Source of the DNA: Chitinophaga pinensis
GTDB taxonomy: Bacteria; Bacteroidota; Bacteroidia; Chitinophagales; UBA10324
DNA length: 64,000 nucleotides
NCBI GenBank assembly: GCA_945903305.1
Contig: CAMDOA010000008.1
Span: 1,041 to 65,040, forward strand
Reading direction: 5' to 3'
The position numbers were made by a program, and so were the translations under genes. This document shows positions 30,214 to 39,896 of this stretch, one piece after another (positions within the stretch are counted from its first letter, which is position 1; the number at the start of each line of letters is the position of its first letter). The notes below the pieces were generated by a model that was not told the DNA's origin, ran no database searches, and saw only the letters and a list, made by a program, of their open reading frames with translations.

Positions 30214-32424
30214 ATGAAATACCTAATATCGCTAGTACTAACCTTTGTCTTATTTACTGAAAGCAAGGCACAGTTGGTTTCTATTGCAACAGCACGAACT
30301 TACGCAACTGGCACTTCTGTAACAATCAGAGGGATTGTATCTAATGGTTCAGAATTTGGCGGGTCATTACGATATATTCAAGATGGTACTGCAGGTATTG
30401 CACTTTACAGCGGGTCACTTTCATCAATTCTCAGAGGCGATAGCATTGAAGCCATTGGAACTATTGCACCCTATCAGAACTTAATGGAAATAGCAGTAAC
30501 AAGTTTTTCAGTAATTACCAGTGGTAATGTAATTCATCCACCAGTAATTTTAACAATTCCAACTGCTTACCTGGAACAATATGAAGGACAACTTGTGCAG
30601 ATTAATGCGGTTAATTTTACTTCAACCGGAACATTTAATGCCAATGCCACAACCTTTATTACTGATGGGTCTAACAATGGCGATGTCAGGTTAAATTCAG
30701 GTTACTCAGGAAATTTGTTAAGTACAATTGTGCCAACAAGCACCGTTGGAATTGTTGGAATTATGGGGCAATTTATGAGCACATATCAGTTACAGCCAAG
30801 AGATTTAACAGATATTATTCAGGTTGGAAATCCACCGGTACTCACAACTATTTTACAACAAACCAATATTCTTACCAACGGATTTACAGTTGGTTTTACA
30901 ACGCAAAACCCAGGTAACACTATTATTCAATATGGATTGACAAATGCACTTGGCAGTGAAATAATCAGTGCTGCATTAACAACAAATCATTCAATCAATT
31001 TAACCGGATTAACACCAGCTACTCTTTACTATGTTAAAGGAATAACCATCAGTTCCGGTGGCGATACTTCTACCTCATACATTCAGATAATGGGTACACA
31101 ATCACTTTCATCGCAATCTATTACTTGCTATTTCAATCGGCCTACTGATTCTTCATTTGCATCATCACCGTCCAACTACGCGCATTATTTAAATGCTATT
31201 TCGGCCGATACTTTAAAAGCATATATCAACAGAGCAAATTCAACCATTGATATTGCCATTTATAATATCGATGATGCAAACGGAATTATTACAGCATTAA
31301 ATCAGGCAGCTGTTAGCGGAGTTTCAGTTCGTGTTTTGTGTGACGACGGAGTAAGTGCAACAACATATAATTCATTTGTAGGGGCTATTCAAAAAGTAAA
31401 GAGCCCGCCGAATAATTTGCCGTACGGAATAATGCATAACAAATTTTTAATTATTGATGCCAATTCTTCGAATCCGAATGAACCGATAGTTTGGACCGGT
31501 TCCATGAATTTTACTAATGATCAGGTGAATGTTGATGCACAAAATATTATCATTTTTCAGGATCAGACTATGGCAAAAGGATTCACTCTTGAATTTAATG
31601 AAATGTTTATCGGCAATAAATTCGGGCCTGATAAAACGGATAATACGCCACACGAATATGTATTACAAGGCAAACGGGTGGAGCAATATTTCAGCCCGTC
31701 TGATGGGTTGAATACTAAAATCAAGAATTCAATTTTAACTGCAAATACTTCTGTTCACTTTATTCTGTTCAGTTTTACAAGAACAGAACAAGCTTACCCA
31801 ATTGCGGATAATTATCAATCGCATCCAAATTATTTTGCGCAGGGAATTTTAGAGGATACGGCATCATCTACATCTGTTTATAATGCGTTAGTAGCCGAAA
31901 TGACAGTTTCTAATTTAAAGATTAATCAATTCTCATGGTTAATGCATCACAAGTATGCAATCATTGATGCCGATGATCAGTTTTCAGATCCACAAGTAAT
32001 TACCGGTTCGTGCAATTGGTCGGGTGCAGGCTTTACAAGGAATGATGAAAATGATGTAATTGTTCATGATATAAATATCGCCAACCAATATTTACAAGAG
32101 TTCGCTAAACGATTTAATGATGCTGGCGGTGTAGTAATGGTGGGTATTAATAACGAAATAAACATATCGCATTTTGAATTTGTTGCATTTCCGAATCCGG
32201 CATCGGAAAAATTAATATTGAATTACTTTTCAGAAAAACCAGCAAATACCAGTGTTCGGTTAATAGATATGGATGGGAAAATAGTTGCCCAGTATGAAAA
32301 TGGACTATCGGCCGGAAATCATTCAATAGAAATAAATACTTCATCGCTTTCTTCCGGTTTATATTTTATAAATGTGAAAAGCGGAAGTTTTAATTCAACA
32401 GAAAAAATTTCGATTATAAAATAA
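30214..32424 (+). CDS. Secreted phospholipase-D-fold (HKD x2) nuclease-like protein with T9SS type A C-terminal sorting domain
   Basis: 736 aa. Signal peptide. Two HxKx4D motifs (MHNKFLIID + GSMNFT; HHKYAIID + GSCNWS). FN3-like segment. C-terminus FPNPASEKLILNY...GLYFINVKSG...KISIIK is typical of the Por secretion tail. Confidence 0.85.
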   Translation: MKYLISLVLTFVLFTESKAQLVSIATARTYATGTSVTIRGIVSNGSEFGGSLRYIQDGTAGIALYSGSLSSILRGDSIEAIGTIAPYQNLMEIAVTSFSVITSGNVIHPPVILTIPTAYLEQYEGQLVQINAVNFTSTGTFNANATTFITDGSNNGDVRLNSGYSGNLLSTIVPTSTVGIVGIMGQFMSTYQLQPRDLTDIIQVGNPPVLTTILQQTNILTNGFTVGFTTQNPGNTIIQYGLTNALGSEIISAALTTNHSINLTGLTPATLYYVKGITISSGGDTSTSYIQIMGTQSLSSQSITCYFNRPTDSSFASSPSNYAHYLNAISADTLKAYINRANSTIDIAIYNIDDANGIITALNQAAVSGVSVRVLCDDGVSATTYNSFVGAIQKVKSPPNNLPYGIMHNKFLIIDANSSNPNEPIVWTGSMNFTNDQVNVDAQNIIIFQDQTMAKGFTLEFNEMFIGNKFGPDKTDNTPHEYVLQGKRVEQYFSPSDGLNTKIKNSILTANTSVHFILFSFTRTEQAYPIADNYQSHPNYFAQGILEDTASSTSVYNALVAEMTVSNLKINQFSWLMHHKYAIIDADDQFSDPQVITGSCNWSGAGFTRNDENDVIVHDINIANQYLQEFAKRFNDAGGVVMVGINNEINISHFEFVAFPNPASEKLILNYFSEKPANTSVRLIDMDGKIVAQYENGLSAGNHSIEINTSSLSSGLYFINVKSGSFNSTEKISIIK

Positions 32425-32447
32425 ACGATTTAGGGAATCAATAAAAA

Positions 32448-32482
32448 ACGGCCATCATTTTTCGATGGCCGTTTTTATTTTT
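32448..32482. terminator. Rho-independent terminator hairpin, apparently bidirectional
   Basis: Perfect 9-bp stem acggccatc (32448-32456) / gatggccgt (32464-32472). T-run downstream on the plus strand and A-run upstream. Sits between convergent genes. Confidence 0.8.
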
Positions 32483-32530
32483 ATCAAGTTATTTTTGAAA
32501 AAAACGGTGAGCTCTATAATTTAAATTTTA

Positions 32531-34924
32531 CTATCTCAATAAAGTAATATTTCCTTTTCGCTCAAGAAATACATTATTATAACCAACTCCTTGCATTATA
32601 TAAGTATAAACTCCTACTTCACAAGGCTCACCATTGTGTTTTCCATCCCACCAGTCGGAAATAGAATGACTTTCAAAAACTAACTCACCCCATCGGTTAT
32701 AAATTCTTAAGTAATCTATTTCAAAAACACCGAGCCTGATCACTTTCAAATAATCATTATGCCCATCACCATTTGGGGTAAATGCGTTTGGAATTTTTAC
32801 AATTGGTTCATCTTTTACTGTTACAATCATGGTGTCTGTGTCAAAACAACCATCAGCAGTTACTATAGTAACAACATAGGTAGTTGTTATCGTCGGGCTT
32901 GCCCATGGATAGGCAATTCCCGGATTATCTAATCCTGCAGAAGGCGACCAGGAATACTGCACTCCACCACCGGCATTTAATTGCGTGCTGTCAAATAAAA
33001 ATATCTCAACATTATTTCCGGCATTTGCAATTGGCTCGTCGAATATATGCAATGTTACCTGAGCTGTATCTACACAACCATTTACATCTGTAACAGTTAC
33101 TGTAAATATGGAAGTTGAAGAAGTGGGAGTTGATAAAGGGTTTTGCAAACTATCGTCACTTAAAAAATATCCAACCCAGGTATAACTAACTCCACCGGAA
33201 GAAAATAATTGAACGGATTCGTTAGGGCACACGCTTGAATCAGGCCAGGCATTTGCATCAGGTAAATCATAAATAAATACAACAACATTATCAGTAGTGG
33301 TACCACATAAATTATCGCTGCCTTCAACTACATAAGTAGTGGTAACCAAAGGCGAAGCAATTGGATTTGGAATGTTAGAACTGCTTAGGGTTGCATTTCC
33401 TGGGGCTAACCACAAATAAGTGCCGGCATTTGAAGCTTGCAACATGACTGATTCTCCCGGGCAAATAAATTTATCGGGGCCAGCATTTACTATCGGAACA
33501 GAAGAAACAGTTATTACAACAGTATCATGCAAAATACACGACGATAATGAGGCTTGAACAATATATTGAGTAGTAACCGGCGGGGTGGCAATAGGTGATA
33601 CACAACTGGAACATGATAAAGAACTTACCGGCGTCCAAATCATATTTGGAAGATTTGAATTAGCTGTTAATGGAATTGATTGGGTTTGACAAATAGTATC
33701 ATCCGGCATTGCCTGCAGTACAGGGTCCATTAATAAAAACATTGCCTGCAGCGTGATAAATGCAGAAGCCCCAGAGCATCCAACTGTATCCAATGAATCG
33801 AGCACCGGATATAAATCAACAATGATTGTATCATAAGGAGGTTCAAAAATTCCGTCGGCGATTGGAACTATATTTAAATAAAATACACTATCAAGAGCTG
33901 AAATACATACTGTATCAGGCAGGTCGATATAATCAATTCCTTCAATAGCATTACCGCTTGTTACTATATGATAACATAAAGTATCTATTTGACAGCCGCC
34001 CGTAGTATCAATTACTGCACAAGGACCGCTATTGGTTGTTTTTTTTACTTCAATTTCACCGGTAGTACATCCTTCAACAATTGCATTGGATGGTGCATTC
34101 GGAATTTGATAACTGACTGTTTGAAATACAACAGTGCCGACTAAAAGGTTAGCAATAAGAACACCCGAATCATAAACACCATCGCCAACATCTGCAATGA
34201 CAAGTACCAAATGGTAGGTATCACATGGCATTACATTGGCCTGAGCGGTTAATAAAGTTGTAAATCCATCATACTCTGTTGTTGTAACAGAAGCACAATT
34301 CGCTGCAGCACAAAGAGCACCGCCACTTGGTTCATTACATACATAATAAGCGGAAGCAGCAGATGCACAGTTTACATCATCAATTGTAATAGGCGTTGCT
34401 GTAAAAGGAATTAATGCAATATTTACCTGACCAGTTATGCCAGGGCCGGAAATAAAAAATCCAAAAGCATCGTTTACTCCGGCATTTACGAACTCGGTAT
34501 ATTCATCAGAACCAAAAACATAATTAAAAGTTAAAATTGAATCATATGCAACTACATCAAATTCAAATCGACAAGCATCATAAGTAGTTCCAGCAAAACT
34601 CAACAAGGGGTCACCGGGTAATCCATTTGCTCCTGTAAAGGAAGTAGAAGTATTAGAATTTGGGAGCACGGCATTTCCCGATGTCAAAATAATTCCGTGG
34701 TCAATTCCGAGATTGGTGGAGTTTCCATTTGAAAAAGTTCCGTAGGCAACATTTGCTCCAGTTAAAACAGGATTTAATACTGTGGCACCGGGGCCAACCA
34801 AAGCTTGAGCAAGTTGCAAGGGTGTTACACCGGTTACTACATTCAATTGTGCTTTTAAAGGAGTAGTGCTTATAAAAATGAAAGCGAATAATAGAGCGAA
34901 TATTAATTTCTTATTAAGAATCAT
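32531..34924 (-). CDS. Choice-of-anchor-L domain adhesin-like protein with Calx-beta-like and Ig-like repeats and T9SS type B (CHU_C / gliding-motility C-terminal) sorting domain
   Basis: 797 aa. N-terminus LAQALVGPGATVLNP...GIILTSGNA...GDPLL...FEFDVVAYDS...GSDEY...NDAFGFFISGPGITG. Repeated C-x-G-x-S...Y-x-W modules. C-terminus PNAFTPNGDGHNDYL...IYNRWGELVFES...WDG. Confidence 0.85.
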   Translation of the reverse strand: MILNKKLIFALLFAFIFISTTPLKAQLNVVTGVTPLQLAQALVGPGATVLNPVLTGANVAYGTFSNGNSTNLGIDHGIILTSGNAVLPNSNTSTSFTGANGLPGDPLLSFAGTTYDACRFEFDVVAYDSILTFNYVFGSDEYTEFVNAGVNDAFGFFISGPGITGQVNIALIPFTATPITIDDVNCASAASAYYVCNEPSGGALCAAANCASVTTTEYDGFTTLLTAQANVMPCDTYHLVLVIADVGDGVYDSGVLIANLLVGTVVFQTVSYQIPNAPSNAIVEGCTTGEIEVKKTTNSGPCAVIDTTGGCQIDTLCYHIVTSGNAIEGIDYIDLPDTVCISALDSVFYLNIVPIADGIFEPPYDTIIVDLYPVLDSLDTVGCSGASAFITLQAMFLLMDPVLQAMPDDTICQTQSIPLTANSNLPNMIWTPVSSLSCSSCVSPIATPPVTTQYIVQASLSSCILHDTVVITVSSVPIVNAGPDKFICPGESVMLQASNAGTYLWLAPGNATLSSSNIPNPIASPLVTTTYVVEGSDNLCGTTTDNVVVFIYDLPDANAWPDSSVCPNESVQLFSSGGVSYTWVGYFLSDDSLQNPLSTPTSSTSIFTVTVTDVNGCVDTAQVTLHIFDEPIANAGNNVEIFLFDSTQLNAGGGVQYSWSPSAGLDNPGIAYPWASPTITTTYVVTIVTADGCFDTDTMIVTVKDEPIVKIPNAFTPNGDGHNDYLKVIRLGVFEIDYLRIYNRWGELVFESHSISDWWDGKHNGEPCEVGVYTYIMQGVGYNNVFLERKGNITLLR

Positions 34925-35007
34925 CTTGAGTCAATAATTTATTTTAACCTTAAAAAGCAAACCTATTCTTTTCTGCTGGTTTACTAATAATTGATTTATC
35001 AATTCAA

Positions 35008-37392
35008 CTATTTCACCAGAGTAACATTTCCACGCAACGAAACTTTTTGATTTCGATATCCGTGTCCTCCGATGTAGTAAACATAAACTCCAACCGGAGA
35101 TGCTTCACCTTTATATAAACCATTCCAACCTTTTTTTACATCATTGGTCCGGTAAACCATTTCACCCCATCTGTTATAAATTCTGAAATCATCTAAATCA
35201 AAAACACCACTATAAATAATTTTTAATAAATCATTTATTCCATCTCCATTTGGAGAGAATGCGTTAGGAAGATATACATGTGGTTTATCATCAACAAATA
35301 CCCACACTGTATCATCATCAACACAACCAAAGGCAGTAGTAGCCACAACATGATACAAGGTTGATTGTTCAGGACTAGCCCAAGGATTACTTACTGTTGA
35401 ATCGCTCAAACCATAAGCAGGATCCCAAACATAAGTTTCCCCACCTGAACCAAAAACCTGCACACTATCAAACAGGTTGATGGTTAAATCTTCGCCGGCA
35501 TAAGCTTTAGGGTACGGTAAAAATTCAACGGCTGTGTACGCGGTATCAACGCATCCAAATTCATTGTAAACAACAACCATGTAAATTGTTGAATCTACGG
35601 GAGGCGATACTATTGTTACAGCTCCTGTGTCAAGATATAAACCATTACTGAACCAAAAATATTGAGTACCGCCACTTGCATACAAAGTAGTAATTCCATA
35701 AGGGCAAATAAAAGTATCGGGATAGGCATCGGCATTTGGTAGTGGATTAACTGTTACAACAATAGAATCATATGAAATTCCGCATGGACTTAAACCGGTT
35801 ACTGTATAAGTTGTTGTTACTGTTGGAAAGGCGAGTGGGTTAGGAATATTGGGGTTCGAAAGAGACCCTGCAGGCGCCCAAACATAATTTGTAACACCAG
35901 TTACATTTAATTGAACAGTATCGTTAATACACATGGCCGTATCATTTGCAGCAACTATCTGCTGCGGAAAATCAATATTGACCATCACCGTTTCAGTTAA
36001 AGAGCAATTTCCGAGAGTGGCAGTAACTGTATATAAAGTTGAATTTGGTGGTGAAGCAGTTGGAGATAAACAACTTGTACAAGACAAGCCTGTTGGTGGC
36101 GACCAGACTACAATTGGTAAGTTTGTGATAGTAGTTAAGTCAACTGATTGACCAAAACATAATATTGTATCGGGGATTGTAAATAACTGCTGATCGACTA
36201 AAAAAAATTTCACCTGAAGGGTTTGTAGCATTAATGCACCCGGGCAGTTAGTTGTGTCGGCAATCGGAATTAAATCAATAATTATTGTATCGATGCCTGG
36301 TTCAAAAATGCCATCTGCGATTGGAATAATATCAATATAAAGTACAGTATCATTTCCAAAGCAAACGGTATCAGCTAATGTAACATAATCAATACCTTCA
36401 ATTGCATTGCCACTTGGAACAACCTCGTAACACAATGAATCTGTTGCGCAATTAGAACTATCAATAAGTGAACAAGATCCACCATTGCTTATCGAAAGTT
36501 TTTTCAATTTTATTTGACCCGTAGTACACCCTTCTAATAAAGTAGTGTTATCAAATCCGGGTAAAGAGTCGCTTACAGAAGTAAACACTGCTGTTCCTGC
36601 AATAAGATTTGCAATTAATACCCCTGAATCATACCCATAATCTGCAATATCAGCAATAACTAATACTAAGTGATAAGTATCACAAGGCGAAACATCTGCC
36701 TGAGCGGTAAGCAACACTGTAAATCCATCATACTCAATTGAAGTTGCTGCCTGATTGGTTGGGCATTGTGTTGTACATCCACCTGAATTTGGGTTCCATT
36801 GGTCATTACATACATAGTACATTCCGTTGTTTCCACAATTGGCATTACCTATTGTTACAGGAATTGAACCTCCCGGTAGTAAAGCAATGTTTTGCTGACC
36901 TGTAATTCCAGGTCCGGAAATAAAAAATCCAAATGCATCATTAAAAGAAGTACCAACCCAATCATTATATTCATCAGAACCAAAAACATAATTAAAACTT
37001 AATGTTGAATCATAAGCAACTACATCAAATTCAAATCTGCACGCATCGTGAGTTACTCCGGCAAAAGAAAGAAGCGGGTCACCAGCCGTAAAATGGGCAG
37101 TTGACCAAGGTGAAGCGGTATTTGAACTCGGAATATTTGCGTTACCTGAAGTTAGAATGATGCCCTGATCAATCCCGATATTTGTTGAAAGCCCATTGGA
37201 AAATGTGCCATACGATAAGGCGGCTCCGGTGATTTGAGGATTTAATACTATGGCTCCCGGACCCACTAATGCCTGAGCTAACTGCAAGGGTGTTACACTT
37301 GTATTAGTCGTTATCTGTGAATATCCGATATTGTATTGTATTAAACACCAGGAAAAAATCAGAACTGCTACTTTACTAAAAACTGTTTTCAT
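35008..37392 (-). CDS. Tandem paralog of 32531-34924: choice-of-anchor-L adhesin-like protein with T9SS type B sorting domain
   Basis: 794 aa with the same architecture. Long stretches are identical to the neighbour, e.g. PLQLAQALVGPGA, DACRFEFDVVAYDS, NDAFGFFISGPGITGQ, CDTYHLVLVIAD, SGNAIEGIDY, IYNRWGE. Confidence 0.85.
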   Translation of the reverse strand: MKTVFSKVAVLIFSWCLIQYNIGYSQITTNTSVTPLQLAQALVGPGAIVLNPQITGAALSYGTFSNGLSTNIGIDQGIILTSGNANIPSSNTASPWSTAHFTAGDPLLSFAGVTHDACRFEFDVVAYDSTLSFNYVFGSDEYNDWVGTSFNDAFGFFISGPGITGQQNIALLPGGSIPVTIGNANCGNNGMYYVCNDQWNPNSGGCTTQCPTNQAATSIEYDGFTVLLTAQADVSPCDTYHLVLVIADIADYGYDSGVLIANLIAGTAVFTSVSDSLPGFDNTTLLEGCTTGQIKLKKLSISNGGSCSLIDSSNCATDSLCYEVVPSGNAIEGIDYVTLADTVCFGNDTVLYIDIIPIADGIFEPGIDTIIIDLIPIADTTNCPGALMLQTLQVKFFLVDQQLFTIPDTILCFGQSVDLTTITNLPIVVWSPPTGLSCTSCLSPTASPPNSTLYTVTATLGNCSLTETVMVNIDFPQQIVAANDTAMCINDTVQLNVTGVTNYVWAPAGSLSNPNIPNPLAFPTVTTTYTVTGLSPCGISYDSIVVTVNPLPNADAYPDTFICPYGITTLYASGGTQYFWFSNGLYLDTGAVTIVSPPVDSTIYMVVVYNEFGCVDTAYTAVEFLPYPKAYAGEDLTINLFDSVQVFGSGGETYVWDPAYGLSDSTVSNPWASPEQSTLYHVVATTAFGCVDDDTVWVFVDDKPHVYLPNAFSPNGDGINDLLKIIYSGVFDLDDFRIYNRWGEMVYRTNDVKKGWNGLYKGEASPVGVYVYYIGGHGYRNQKVSLRGNVTLVK

Positions 37393-37562
37393 CGTAATGA
37401 AAATTTGATTTGCTAAAGGTAAATAACTTCTTTATAAGTGGTAATCCTGTGTCCATTTAGTTAAAATCATTCTTACTGTTTCAAAAAGAAATCCTATTCC
37501 AAAAAAAGTTTTTTTCATAACTGAATGAAAAGTGCATATTATTGATTCTATTCAAAACAAAA

Positions 37563-39344
37563 ATGAAAAACTTCCTGCTTTTTATTTCTCTCTCCGTTCT
37601 TTTTTCCTGTACTTCTAATAACAATTATGAAAATGCAGATCGACCAAATGCTGATGCATTGATTCAAAAATTATTCAGTATTTATTATGAACAACGACTT
37701 CAGTTTTTTCCATTGGAAGCCACTCAGAACGGCGACCATCGTTTTGATGATCGATTGCCGAATAATATCACCGAATCTTTTCGTGATACGCTGAAGCATT
37801 TTTATTCAGCCACAATTGATTCATTGAATTTATTCAACCGCGATTCATTGAGCGAAAACAACCAAATCAGTTATGATATACTGATGTGGGATTTGAAAAT
37901 GAATATTGAAGCATTGAATTTTCCAGATCATCTGATGCCAATCAATCAGTTCTATAGTTTAACAATTACCATGGGACAATTGGGTGCGGGAAGCGGCATT
38001 CAATCATTTGAAACGGTAAAGGATTACGAAAATTTTTTAATGCGCGCCCATCGATTTGTGCCGTGGTGCGATACTGCAATTGCCAATATGAAAAAGGGGA
38101 TTCAACAAAATATTGTACTGCCAGTTGTACTGGCAAAAAAAGTGTTGCCTCAATTACAAAGCATGATTGTGAGTGATATTCAGAAAAGCATTTTCCATTT
38201 GCCTATTGATAAATTTCCTGTTTCATTTTCTGAAACAGATAAAATCAGATTGATTGCTGAATATGAAAAAACAATTGCTGAAGAATTAATTCCTTCGTAT
38301 AAAAAACTGTTTGATTTTTTTAATATCACCTATATTCCTGCATGCCGAAATTCAACGGGCATCAGTGAGTTTTCATTCGGAAAGGACTATTATAATTTCT
38401 TATCCAAACAATGGACCACTACTAAACTTACCACCGATTCAATTTTCAATATTGGACAAAGCGAAGTGAAAAGAATTCGATCGGAAATGGACGCCATAAA
38501 AAATGAATTGGGATTTAATGGTACGCTAAAAGAGTTTTTCAGATTTGTAAAAAGTGATAAAAAATATTTCCCGTTCAAATCCGATTCTGAGGTGATTCAG
38601 GGTTTCCGGAAAATTTATGAAACCGAAAAACCAATGGTGAACAAAATGTTCAGTATTCAACCAAAGAGTCCATTCAAAATTCAACAGACTGAACAATTTC
38701 GTGCAGCTTCGTCCAGCGCTGAATACCAGCAAGGTTCAGCTGATGGCTCCCGGCCTGGAATTTTCTATGTGCCCATAGTAGATGCAACAAAATTTAATTC
38801 CATTGCAATGGAAACACTTTTTTTACATGAAGCCATTCCGGGTCATCATTTCCAGATTTCGTTGCAACAGGAAAATAAAGACCTTCCAGATTTCAGGCGA
38901 TTTATCTGGTACGGCGCTTACGGAGAAGGATGGGCTTTGTACAGTGAATCATTGGGAAAGGAAGTGGGTTTATATACTGACCCAATTCAGAAATTCGGAA
39001 ACCTGAGTGAAGAAATGCATCGTGCAATAAGGTTAGTGGTTGACATAGGCATTCATTTAAAAGGGTGGACGCGCGAACAAGCCATTCAATTCAGTAAAGA
39101 GAACGAAGCAGCGAGTGAAGCAGAAATTATTTCTGAAATTGAACGATACATGGCTATTCCGGGTCAAGCACTTGCTTACAAGATTGGACAGTTAAAAATT
39201 ATTGCCTTGCGAAACGAAGCGCAAAAACAATTGGGCAATAAATTTTCTTATGCCGAATTTCATTATCAGGTTTTAAAAGATGGTTGCTTGCCGGTCGCAA
39301 TTCTTGAATCGAATATTCTGAATTGGATTAAGAGCCAGAAATAG
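37563..39344 (+). CDS. DUF885 family lipoprotein (metallopeptidase-like fold)
   Basis: HEAIPGHHFQ and YMAIPGQALAYKIG are characteristic of DUF885. I place the start at ATG 37563, giving lipobox LFSC. Confidence 0.85.
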   Translation: MKNFLLFISLSVLFSCTSNNNYENADRPNADALIQKLFSIYYEQRLQFFPLEATQNGDHRFDDRLPNNITESFRDTLKHFYSATIDSLNLFNRDSLSENNQISYDILMWDLKMNIEALNFPDHLMPINQFYSLTITMGQLGAGSGIQSFETVKDYENFLMRAHRFVPWCDTAIANMKKGIQQNIVLPVVLAKKVLPQLQSMIVSDIQKSIFHLPIDKFPVSFSETDKIRLIAEYEKTIAEELIPSYKKLFDFFNITYIPACRNSTGISEFSFGKDYYNFLSKQWTTTKLTTDSIFNIGQSEVKRIRSEMDAIKNELGFNGTLKEFFRFVKSDKKYFPFKSDSEVIQGFRKIYETEKPMVNKMFSIQPKSPFKIQQTEQFRAASSSAEYQQGSADGSRPGIFYVPIVDATKFNSIAMETLFLHEAIPGHHFQISLQQENKDLPDFRRFIWYGAYGEGWALYSESLGKEVGLYTDPIQKFGNLSEEMHRAIRLVVDIGIHLKGWTREQAIQFSKENEAASEAEIISEIERYMAIPGQALAYKIGQLKIIALRNEAQKQLGNKFSYAEFHYQVLKDGCLPVAILESNILNWIKSQK

Positions 39345-39446
39345 ATTTTATTATTTTATCGAAGGATTTTTCTTCTTCGATTTCAATTTGTCGAGCAAAC
39401 TTTCCAGGCGAGCCAATTTGGTTTCTTCTCGCTTCGCATCATTAAT

Positions 39447-39824
39447 TCATTTTGCATATTCTTTCTGATTGGTAAATGATAGTGAATTGAAAAATTCTTT
39501 CTCGATTTTGTTTTTGTTCAGCAATGCCTTCATATCGTTTGGTAATTCTTCTTTACGCGGTGTAGCATCCTGCTCAACTGTAACAGTCACCATATCGCCC
39601 GCCTGCTTCCCGATTTTTTCTCGAATTGACTTTAAAATAATCAGGCAAGGTCCACCACCCATGTTGGCAATGCTTCCGTCGTAAGGTTCATCATCAAAAG
39701 TGGTTTTTACCGGAATCATGTTCTTTTTTCCATATTCCTTTTCTGCATCAAACGGTACATGCACAAACACTCCGCCACCTCCGGCACTTATCAGTGTTGC
39801 TTTAAATTTTTTAATGGAGCTCAT
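39447..39824 (-). CDS. DUF1905 + YdeI/OmdA-type protein, terminated by TGA at the position of a conserved Trp (C-terminal 31 codons continue in frame to 39351)
   Basis: 125 aa. N-terminal DUF1905-like pattern GGGGVFVHVPFD...IPVKTTFDDEPYDGSIANMGGG. The C-terminus ends ...SFTNQKEYAK-TGA, and the same frame then reads INDAKREETKLARLESLLDKL... Confidence 0.8.
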   Translation of the reverse strand: MSSIKKFKATLISAGGGGVFVHVPFDAEKEYGKKNMIPVKTTFDDEPYDGSIANMGGGPCLIILKSIREKIGKQAGDMVTVTVEQDATPRKEELPNDMKALLNKNKIEKEFFNSLSFTNQKEYAK

Positions 39825-39896
39825 GAGTTCTGATTTTCAAAAACAATAAAAATTATTTCTAATGTATTTAATTCTGAAATTTGGGAGTACTCTTTG

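Noticed and set aside
39447-39449. Possibility that TGA encodes Trp throughout (genetic code 4/25), suggested by TGA at a conserved Trp position.
   Set aside because: truA (stop at 211-213), the HepT-like gene (1040-1042) and eno (6304-6306) all terminate with TGA at family-typical lengths. TGA is therefore a normal stop here, and the event is local.
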